Shown: positions 30,547 to 37,683 of the stretch, piece after piece | Layout: each line of letters opens with the position of its first letter | Numbering within the stretch: the stretch's first letter is position 1 | Assembly (NCBI GenBank): GCA_965209055.1 | Contig: OZ242374.1 | Location: forward strand, 5,344,001 to 5,408,000 | Reading direction: 5' to 3' | Source: Acidobacteriota bacterium | Lineage (GTDB): Bacteria; Acidobacteriota; UBA6911; RPQK01; JAJDTT01 | DNA: 64,000 bases | Notes under the pieces: model-generated | What the model was told of the DNA's origin: nothing | The model's database searches: none | Seen by the model: the letters and a program-made list of their open reading frames with translations, nothing else | Program-made: the position numbers and the translations under genes

Positions 30547-31068
30547 CTACCTTTCGTCGGCCCGGCCCGGAATGGGGACGGCTTCCAACTCCAGCAGGCG
30601 CCGCTTCAGTTCCAGGCCGCCGGCGTAACCCACCAGGCGTCCATTGGAGCCGATGACCCGGTGGCAGGGAACCACGACCGGAACGGGGTTGCGGCCGGTC
30701 GCCGTGCCCACCGCGCGAGAGGACCCCGGGCGCCCGATCCCGGCCGCCACCTGCGCATAGCTTCGCGTCTCGCCGAAGGGGATCGATCGCAGCTGGTTCC
30801 AGACCCCGATCTGGAAGGGCGTTCCCCTCAGGTCCAGCTCCAGATCGAAATCCCGCCGCTCTCCCGCCAGGAACTGCTTCAACTGCGAGGTGGCCCGCCG
30901 CAGGGCGGGGTTCCATCCTGGAGCTGCCGTCCCCCCAAAATGCCGGTCGAACCATCCGGACCAATCGGCTTCGCCGGGAAGGTGCAACCGGCAGAGCCCC
31001 TGATCGGAGGCGGCTAGGAGAAAGGTTCCAAACGAGGTGTTCAAAGGCTGGTAGCAAAGAGTTCGCAT
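30547..31068 (-). CDS. ogt: Methylated-DNA--protein-cysteine methyltransferase
   Basis: GTPFQ..VW..L..IPFGETRSY, RAVG, active-site PCHRV. Confidence 0.95.
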   Translation of the reverse strand: MRTLCYQPLNTSFGTFLLAASDQGLCRLHLPGEADWSGWFDRHFGGTAAPGWNPALRRATSQLKQFLAGERRDFDLELDLRGTPFQIGVWNQLRSIPFGETRSYAQVAAGIGRPGSSRAVGTATGRNPVPVVVPCHRVIGSNGRLVGYAGGLELKRRLLELEAVPIPGRADER

Positions 31069-31133
31069 GGATCAGAATCCTTTCGTGCCGGGATGCCGTG
31101 GTCCCGCCATGGTACGCGGTACGTGAGACTGAT

Positions 31134-32033
31134 TCACGCCCGGGGGTGGAACTTTCCGTAGACCTTCTTCAGGCGCTCCCGGCTCACATGGGTATAGATC
31201 TGTGTGGTGGAGATGTCGGCATGGCCCAGCATCACCTGGACCGCCCTCAAGTCGGCGCCATTTTCCAGCAGGTGAGTGGCAAAGCTGTGGCGCAGCACGT
31301 GAGGGCTCAACTTTCCGTCGATTCCCGCCTTCCTGCCGTATTTCAGGGTCAATTTCCAGAAATTCTGGCGGGTCATGGGCCCGCCCCGGCGGGTCAGGAA
31401 GAGGAAGGGACTCGAGAAACGCTTGCGGAGAAAATAGGGCCTCGCCTCTCTCTGGTAGGCGTCCACGAACTCGGCGGCCTCGTCCCCCAGCGGAACCAGC
31501 CGCTCCTTGCTTCCCTTCCCCATGGTCCTCAAGAAGCCCGCCTCCAGACTCACCTCGCGAATCCGGATCTGAACCAATTCAGTGACCCGAAGGCCCGTGG
31601 CATAGAGCACCTCCAGCATGGTCCGGTCCCGCAGGCCGAGAGGGGTGGAGAGTTCCGGACCTTCCAGGAGGCGCTCCACCTCCTCCGGTTCCAGGTAGAC
31701 CGGCAGTCTTCTCCAGAGCTTGGGCGACTCCAGAGTCTCGGTGGGGTCCTTCTCCACATAGCCGTCCAGGAGAAGAAATCGGTAGAAGGAACGAAGACTG
31801 ACGATCTTGCGCATGATGGAGGAGACCGAGAGCCGCTGGTGCAGCACGCGCACGAAATCGAACAGGTCGTGTCTCTCGGCCTGGTTCAACTCCACTTCAC
31901 GGTCTCCCAGGAAAACCAGGAACTCCAGCAGGTCCCGCCGATAGGCTTCGACCGTGTTGGGGGAGAGCCCCCGCTCCACGACCAGGTAGTTGACGTAGCT
32001 CTCGAACGCCCGGCGGCGCATCTCTTCCGTCAT
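31134..32033 (-). CDS. xerD: Site-specific tyrosine recombinase XerD
   Basis: ERGLSPNTVEAYRRDL, LYATGLRVTEL, GKGSKERLVP, MTRQNFW, HVLRHSFATHLL, LGHADISTTQIYTHV; ATGA overlap with murJ stop. Confidence 0.93.
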   Translation of the reverse strand: MTEEMRRRAFESYVNYLVVERGLSPNTVEAYRRDLLEFLVFLGDREVELNQAERHDLFDFVRVLHQRLSVSSIMRKIVSLRSFYRFLLLDGYVEKDPTETLESPKLWRRLPVYLEPEEVERLLEGPELSTPLGLRDRTMLEVLYATGLRVTELVQIRIREVSLEAGFLRTMGKGSKERLVPLGDEAAEFVDAYQREARPYFLRKRFSSPFLFLTRRGGPMTRQNFWKLTLKYGRKAGIDGKLSPHVLRHSFATHLLENGADLRAVQVMLGHADISTTQIYTHVSRERLKKVYGKFHPRA

Positions 32034-33637
32034 TTTCGCAAGCGGACAAAAAGGTGCCCGACCTCCTCGACGCCCAGGAGCCGGCAACAGGCGAAATAGA
32101 AGACAGCTCCGGCCCCGATACACCCGAAGAGTGCGGCCGCGTTCTCCAGCCAGGTGCTTCGAGCCTCTTCCAACTGGAGATAGATCCCCAGGAACCCGAC
32201 GACGACCCCCATGAGGATCGACGCCCCCAGGTTCTTGGCTACGGTGGACGCCACTCGATGCGACGCCGACGAGCCCACCCTGCGGCCGAAGGCTCGGACG
32301 AGGAGAGCCAGGTTCACCCAGACCGAGGCGGCTGTTCCGACTGCCAGACCCAAATACTTGTGGGCGGGGGGAAGCAGCCAGATTAAAAACAGGTTTACCG
32401 CCAGATTCGTGGCAACGGCGATCAGGCTGCTCCGCACCGGCGTTCGGGTGTCCCCCAGGGCATAGAAGGTGGGGGCGTAGACCTTGATGCAACTGTAGGC
32501 GACCAGGCCGAAGGAGTAGCAGATCAAGGCATTTGCGGTGTTCGCGGTGGCGTCGGCGTCGAACTCGCCGGTTTCAAACAGCAGACGGACGATGGGTCCG
32601 GCCAGGATCAGGAGCCCGACGCCGGCGGGCAGCGCGATCAGGGAAACGGTCTTGACCGAATGGGCTACCATTGCCTTCAGCTCTTCCCATTCTTCCCGGG
32701 CGGCCGAAACCGACACTTCACGAAGATTCACCACGCCCACCGCGACGCCGCAAAGGCCGATGGGCAGGTACATGATCCGGAATGCATAGTTGAGCCAGGA
32801 AACCGGTCCGTCTCCACCCAGCCATGAGGCCAACTGCGTGTTGATCAGAATGTTGATCTGGAGCGCGCTCACACCCAGCAGCGCCGGCGCCACCAGCCGC
32901 CCGATCCGGCGCAACGCCGGGTGGCGGAAGTCGAGACCCAGACGGAATCGGTATCCCCGCCGGTAGAGGAGAGGGAACTGGACGGCGCACTGGAGCGCCC
33001 CGCCCACGAGGGCGCCCAGGGCGACGGCGTAGACGGCCAGGATCCCCTCGTATTCGAACCAGGGGACGACGAAAATACAGAAAAAAATGAGGACCAGATT
33101 GAATAGGGCGGGCGCCAGTGCGGGGACGAAGAAGCGATTCAGGGCGTTCAGCATCCCGATCAGGACCGAGGCCACCGAAACGAAAATCAGGAAGGGGGAC
33201 AGAATCCGAACCAAGCTGGAAGTGACCTCCAGCTTGCCCGGATCGCCGGCAAATCCGGCCGCTAACAGATAGACCCAGTAGTCGGACAGTGCGAAAAACG
33301 CCACCGCCAGCAGTCCCAGCAGGAGGAGCAGAGCGCTGATCACCAGGTTCGCCAGCCGCCACGCCTCCTCTTTGCCCTGCTTGCGAAGGATCTCCGTGAA
33401 GGTGGGAACGAAGGCCGAACTCAATGCCCCTTCGGCGACCAGGTCGCGGAAGAGGTTGGGGATCCGGAACGCCACGATGTAGGCGTCCATGTAAGCCCCG
33501 GCTCCGAAGAGCCGGGCAAAGAACCGGTCCCGGACCAAGCCCAATATCCGGCTGAGGAGGACGGCAGCGCTGATGCTGCGGGCGGCGCGAGTCGATCGAA
33601 TCCTTCGTTGGGACTCCTGATTGTCGTCCTGGCCCAT
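32030..33637 (-). CDS. murJ: Lipid II flippase MurJ (MviN)
   Basis: SRILGLVRD, AFRIPNLFRDLVAEGALSSAFVPTF, LNYAFRIMYLPIG, FYALGDTRTP. Confidence 0.95.
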   Translation of the reverse strand: MGQDDNQESQRRIRSTRAARSISAAVLLSRILGLVRDRFFARLFGAGAYMDAYIVAFRIPNLFRDLVAEGALSSAFVPTFTEILRKQGKEEAWRLANLVISALLLLLGLLAVAFFALSDYWVYLLAAGFAGDPGKLEVTSSLVRILSPFLIFVSVASVLIGMLNALNRFFVPALAPALFNLVLIFFCIFVVPWFEYEGILAVYAVALGALVGGALQCAVQFPLLYRRGYRFRLGLDFRHPALRRIGRLVAPALLGVSALQINILINTQLASWLGGDGPVSWLNYAFRIMYLPIGLCGVAVGVVNLREVSVSAAREEWEELKAMVAHSVKTVSLIALPAGVGLLILAGPIVRLLFETGEFDADATANTANALICYSFGLVAYSCIKVYAPTFYALGDTRTPVRSSLIAVATNLAVNLFLIWLLPPAHKYLGLAVGTAASVWVNLALLVRAFGRRVGSSASHRVASTVAKNLGASILMGVVVGFLGIYLQLEEARSTWLENAAALFGCIGAGAVFYFACCRLLGVEEVGHLFVRLRK

Positions 33638-33748
33638 CCCGCGATCACTTGCTTGAGGGATTCGAAATCGGCGCCGTCAAACGCGTAAACCCATGGTTAC
33701 GCTATCATTCTCATCTGACCCGCAACCTCGGGTGCGACGGAGTCCGGA

Positions 33749-34780
33749 ATGAAGCTTGGAGACCTCGCCCGGCAACTGGATTGTGAGCTCCGGGGACCGT
33801 CCGAAATCGAGATCGACGGCCTGGCCGGCATCGAAGAGGCGACGGCGAGTCAACTCACCTTCGTCTCCAATCCCAAGTACTACTCCAAGATCCCGTCGAC
33901 CCGCGCGGGAGCCATCGTGGTGTCGCGCGACGCGCCCGATACGGGGATTCCGACCCTGCTCAGCGACAATCCCTACCTGGCGTTCGCCCGCGCCATTCCC
34001 CTCTTCTACCGTCCGCCTTCCGTCACCCAAGGAATCCATCCCACGGCCATCATCGCCGAAACCGCCGAACTGGGAGAGGACCACTCCATAGGAGCTCACG
34101 TCGTCATCGGCGACGGGGTCCGAATGGGCCGCAACGCCGTGATCTACCCCAACGTGGTGATCTATCCCCACACCCGGATCGGCGACGAATTCGTAGCCCA
34201 TTCCAACGCCGTGGTCCGCGAGCACTGCCGCTTGGGCGACCGGGTCATCCTCCAGAACGGCGCCGTCATCGGGGGCGACGGATTCGGGTTCGCTCCCCGC
34301 GGGGACGGCAGCTATTTCAAGATGGTCCAGTCGGGCGTGGTGATTCTGGAAGACGACGTGGAGGTGGGCGCCAACGCCTGCGTCGACCGGGGCACCGTCG
34401 GCGAGACCCGAATCGGGAAGGGGACGAAGATCGACAACCTGGTCCAGATCGGACACGGTTCGACGCTCGGCTCCCACAACATCCTGGCCTCCCAGACCGG
34501 ACTCGCCGGGACCACCACCATCGGGAACCACGTGACCCTGGCGGGTCAGGTGGGCGTGGCTGGCCATCTGAAGATCGGAGACCGGGTCGTGGCGACGGCG
34601 CAGACCGGCATCGGACGCGACGTTGCCCCGGGAAGCGTCGTCTCCGGGTCGCCTGAGATGGAAACCACCCTCTGGAAACGGAACTACATCCTGATGCACC
34701 GGTTCCCCGAGCTGGTGAAGACGGTCAAGCGGCTTCAGAAGGAACTGGCAGAACTCCGAAAGTCGCTGATCGGACGGTAG
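33749..34780 (+). CDS. lpxD: UDP-3-O-(3-hydroxyacyl)glucosamine N-acyltransferase
   Basis: LTFVSNPKY, DNPYLAFA, hexapeptide repeats, IGGDGFGF, KIDNLVQIGH, LAGQVGVAGHL. Confidence 0.96.
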   Translation: MKLGDLARQLDCELRGPSEIEIDGLAGIEEATASQLTFVSNPKYYSKIPSTRAGAIVVSRDAPDTGIPTLLSDNPYLAFARAIPLFYRPPSVTQGIHPTAIIAETAELGEDHSIGAHVVIGDGVRMGRNAVIYPNVVIYPHTRIGDEFVAHSNAVVREHCRLGDRVILQNGAVIGGDGFGFAPRGDGSYFKMVQSGVVILEDDVEVGANACVDRGTVGETRIGKGTKIDNLVQIGHGSTLGSHNILASQTGLAGTTTIGNHVTLAGQVGVAGHLKIGDRVVATAQTGIGRDVAPGSVVSGSPEMETTLWKRNYILMHRFPELVKTVKRLQKELAELRKSLIGR

Positions 34781-34819
34781 CCCGATCCCGATCTTGCAGC
34801 CGAAGTCGGGATGCACGGC

Positions 34820-35083
34820 TCAGTAGTGGTGGCGGGCTTGCAGGAAACGGACCTCGTTGTTTGCCACCTCGTAGACGACGCGGTGTTCCTGGGTCAGACG
34901 GCGCGACCACAACCCGGCAAACTCGCGTTTGAGTGGTTCGGGCTTGCCGATACCACCGAAGGGAGCCTTCAGGATCTGGCGGACAAGACGTAGCAAACGA
35001 ATCGCGGTTCTGCGGTCGGTACGCGTCCAATATTCCAGGTCCTTCAGGAAATGGGTCGAAAAGACGACTCGCCGGTCACTCAT
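34820..35083 (-). CDS. yoeB: Txe/YoeB family toxin
   Basis: F.KDLEYW, PFGGIGKPEPLK, WSRRLTQEHRVVY, QARHHY. Confidence 0.93.
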   Translation of the reverse strand: MSDRRVVFSTHFLKDLEYWTRTDRRTAIRLLRLVRQILKAPFGGIGKPEPLKREFAGLWSRRLTQEHRVVYEVANNEVRFLQARHHY

Positions 35084-35357
35084 CGAGACCGAACTTGCTG
35101 CGGAGCTGCGCAACCGTCATGACGACACCATTCCCGGACCGGACTTCTTCAATTGACTCACGTAATCGTCGAGCGTTTTCGGGGGATCGCAGCAAATGAG
35201 CCGTTTCTTCCAGCCCGGACAACTCTTCCAGGCTGACCAACGCCACATCGGCGCCTCCTCGGCGCCTGATGATCAGCGGTTCTCCAGTTTCGGCGACGTG
35301 ATCGCAATGGCCTTTGAGATGGGCACGGAGATCGGAATAGGTGGTGACTCGAGGCAT
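35076..35357 (-). CDS. yefM: Phd/YefM family antitoxin
   Basis: TYSDLRAHLK, PLIIRRRG, LEETAHLLRSPENARRLRESI; overlaps yoeB start. Confidence 0.93.
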   Translation of the reverse strand: MPRVTTYSDLRAHLKGHCDHVAETGEPLIIRRRGGADVALVSLEELSGLEETAHLLRSPENARRLRESIEEVRSGNGVVMTVAQLRSKFGLDE

Positions 35358-35363
35358 CTGGAT

Positions 35364-35393
35364 ATTGTACAAGATTCCGTACCAGTAGGTGAA
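35364..35393 (-). promoter_or_regulatory. yefM-yoeB promoter/operator (probably leaderless)
   Basis: TTGTACAA palindrome plus a second GTAC core 12 bp away; -10 TACAAT lies 6 nt before the ATG; no RBS; possible -35 TTCACC. Confidence 0.7.
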
Positions 35394-35403
35394 TAAATCC
35401 GAA

Positions 35404-35488
35404 GGCGAACCCGAATCGAGAACCATGTGACCCTGGCGGGTCGGGGGGCGTGGCCAGCCATCTGAAAATTCGCGACCAGGTCGTGGCA
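35404..35488 (+). pseudogene. lpxD: Decayed partial copy of lpxD (direct repeat of 34520-34593)
   Basis: Manual alignment of 35415-35487 with 34520-34593 gives 63/74 identities and one 1-nt gap; 35404-35414 also matches 34400-34411. Confidence 0.9.
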
Positions 35489-35493
35489 AAATT

Positions 35494-35512
35494 TGATAGC
35501 ATTATGCTTTCA
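35494..35512 (+). promoter_or_regulatory. Operator palindrome of the fitA-like/vapC operon
   Basis: TGATAGCA-TTA-TGCTTTCA, 19 nt before the ATG; TGATAGCA is the half-site bound by Neisseria FitA. Confidence 0.65.
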
Positions 35513-35531
35513 TTCGCTCTAGGCAATCGAC

Positions 35532-35789
35532 ATGGCAACCGTTCACGTGCGCCGATTGGATCAGGATGTCGTGGAACGTCTCAAGCGGCGTGCCGTCGCA
35601 AATCATCGGTCCTTGGAAAGTGAAATCCGGCATATCCTTTCGGCGGCTTCTGAGGATCAGATGGCGGCGAAACGGAAATCCTTCGAAGATCTGGCAGTGC
35701 GACTCAGGGAACGCACCCAGGGACGGAACCAGACTCCCTCCGAGGTTCTCATTCGGCAGGATCGGGATAGAGGACATCGGGTGGTCTGA
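35532..35789 (+). CDS. FitA-like ribbon-helix-helix antitoxin (VapB role)
   Basis: MATVHVRRLDQDVVERLKRRAVANHRSLESEIRHIL...TPSEVLIRQDRD. Confidence 0.88.
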   Translation: MATVHVRRLDQDVVERLKRRAVANHRSLESEIRHILSAASEDQMAAKRKSFEDLAVRLRERTQGRNQTPSEVLIRQDRDRGHRVV

Positions 35790-36220
35790 TGCGTCTGGTC
35801 GTCGACGCCAGCGTGGCGGTCAAGTGGCTGGTCGCGGAAGAGGATACTGAAGCGGCGAACCGGCTGCTTCTAGGCAGCCATGAATTGCATGCTCCACGCC
35901 TGCTGGCATCTGAGGTCGCCAATGCGCTGTGGCGCAAGGTTCGGCTAGGTGAGATACCCCACGGCGATGCCGGGTTGCTTGCGGCGGCCGTGACCGATAT
36001 GCCACTCCGTTGGTCCGACGACGAACGTGTTTGCGCGGACTCGATTCGGCTCGCGCTCGAACTTGAGCGGCCCGTCTATGATTGCGTGTATCTCGCGCTC
36101 GGACATCGCATCGGCGCCACACTCGTGACGGCGGATATCCGCTTCGCGAATGCAATGAAAACGACCGTTCACGGGGGCGATGTGGTGACGCTGACGGACC
36201 TCGTCATCGATTCGAACTGA
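35789..36220 (+). CDS. vapC: VapC PIN-domain toxin
   Basis: LVVDASVAVKW, EVANALW, VYDCVYLALG, LVTAD; TGATG coupling to the antitoxin. Confidence 0.92.
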   Translation: MRLVVDASVAVKWLVAEEDTEAANRLLLGSHELHAPRLLASEVANALWRKVRLGEIPHGDAGLLAAAVTDMPLRWSDDERVCADSIRLALELERPVYDCVYLALGHRIGATLVTADIRFANAMKTTVHGGDVVTLTDLVIDSN

Positions 36221-36226
36221 TGCCCA

Positions 36227-36416
36227 GCGGCCGCAATACGGGTCCCCCTTCCGAAGACTGCCGTGAATTCCGGCCGCAATTGGTCATGCCCAGGTCATCC
36301 GCAGGGAATCGTCGATGGAGCAAGCGACTCGCCCTTATCAATAGCGGGTGAACCGGATCTCGCGATTCAGGTTGGGCAAGGCCCACAGGTTGCCGACCTC
36401 CGAAAACCCGAGTTAG
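36227..36416 (+). pseudogene. Possible older, heavily decayed lpxD 3'-end relic
   Basis: Frameshifted translation gives TGPPSE, VMPRSSAGNRRWSKRLALIN, PDLA, VADLRK, collinear with the LpxD C-terminus (QTGI, VVSGSPE..W, PEL, LAELRK); length similar to lpxD 34594-34780. Confidence 0.45.
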
Positions 36417-36429
36417 ACTTTGGAAAGTC

Positions 36430-37671
36430 ATGTCATTCAAGGAATCATTGCAACGAAGAGAGTTTCTGAAACGGGGCAGCGCCTTGGCGGCGGTCCTCTC
36501 CACGGCTTCGGCCGCAGCCCAATACAACGGCGATCCCGGCGAGCCCAATCCCCACACGCAGCCGGCCCCGAACCGCCGGGACATCATCATCTACCGCGAC
36601 CCTTTCGCCTACTGCTCCCATGCTTCCATCGTGCGCCTGGCTAACGGGGAGTGGGTCACCGCCTTCAACGAGTGCCAGAAAATCACCCCCTACACCCACC
36701 CTCCCGGGGACCCTCACTTCCACAATCTCATTTCCCGTTCCGATGACGAGGGCCGCACCTGGAGCCCTCCGGAGGCCGCTCCCAATTGGGACTGGTACGG
36801 GGTGGAGTGTCCGGGCCTGGCCCAACTCCAGGACGGGACGGTGGTGCTGAACCAGTGGCAGTTCCTCTGGTATCCCCTGGCTCTGGGGAGAAAACTCGCC
36901 TCCCAGGGTCAGAAGATCTGGCTCAGAACCAGCCGGAAAAAGGGCTGGCTGCCGGCAGCTTCCGACTCCGATTTTGACCGGAGCCTCTACCCCTGGGCCC
37001 GGGCCAACAGCGGCTGCTTCGTCCACTTGAGCTCCGACGGAGGCCGGACCTGGGACCGCACGGTCCGGATCCCCACCGAGCCCTATATCGGAGGCTACAC
37101 GCCCCGGGGCGTGGCTCAACTGCAGGACGGAACCGTCCTCATGGTCACCGCGGACCACCCGCTGAATCACACGGCCTACGCGGTGCGGTCCCGGGACGGC
37201 GGCTTGACCTGGACCCCGCCGGTGGCCGTCGCGAATGCGGGAGAAGGCATGTTGTCCGAACCTACGGCGGCGGTTCTCCCCAGCGGCAAGGTGGTGGCCA
37301 TGATGCGAAGCCACACGCGCTACCTTCACCAGAGCGAGTCTTCCGACGGGGGATCGACCTGGACACCTGTGCGCAAGACCCCCATCTTCGGCTACCCGGG
37401 ACATCTGCTGCGCCTTTCGGACGGCCGGCTGCTGGTCACCTACGGCCATCGCCGCTCACCCTTCGGGATCCGGGCCTGCCAGAGCCGGGACAACGGCCGG
37501 ACCTGGGACTACGGGCAGGAATACCTGATCCGGGGCGATTTGCCGAACCGGAATCTGGGCTACCCGGTGACCATCGAGTACCGGCCCGGACACCTGTTCA
37601 CCATCTACTACGGTGAAGAACCCGACGGGGTCACCAGCATCCAGGGCTCTTACTGGGAGATTCCCAGCTAA
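36430..37671 (+). CDS. BNR/Asp-box sialidase-like beta-propeller, Tat-exported
   Basis: QRREFLK twin-arginine signal; Asp boxes SDDEGRTW, SSDGGRTW, SRDGGLTW, SSDGGSTW, SRDNGRTW. Confidence 0.87.
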   Translation: MSFKESLQRREFLKRGSALAAVLSTASAAAQYNGDPGEPNPHTQPAPNRRDIIIYRDPFAYCSHASIVRLANGEWVTAFNECQKITPYTHPPGDPHFHNLISRSDDEGRTWSPPEAAPNWDWYGVECPGLAQLQDGTVVLNQWQFLWYPLALGRKLASQGQKIWLRTSRKKGWLPAASDSDFDRSLYPWARANSGCFVHLSSDGGRTWDRTVRIPTEPYIGGYTPRGVAQLQDGTVLMVTADHPLNHTAYAVRSRDGGLTWTPPVAVANAGEGMLSEPTAAVLPSGKVVAMMRSHTRYLHQSESSDGGSTWTPVRKTPIFGYPGHLLRLSDGRLLVTYGHRRSPFGIRACQSRDNGRTWDYGQEYLIRGDLPNRNLGYPVTIEYRPGHLFTIYYGEEPDGVTSIQGSYWEIPS

Positions 37672-37683
37672 TCCGGGAAGTTC

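Noticed and set aside
31134-32033. xerD as an island integrase
   Set aside because: Canonical XerD motifs and translational coupling to murJ indicate the housekeeping recombinase.
35488-35515. Possible dif/Xer site (TTATGCTTTCA) near the TA modules, given xerD nearby
   Set aside because: Poor match to the XerD arm TTATGTTAAAT and no XerC arm at 6-bp spacing; better explained as the FitA-type operator.
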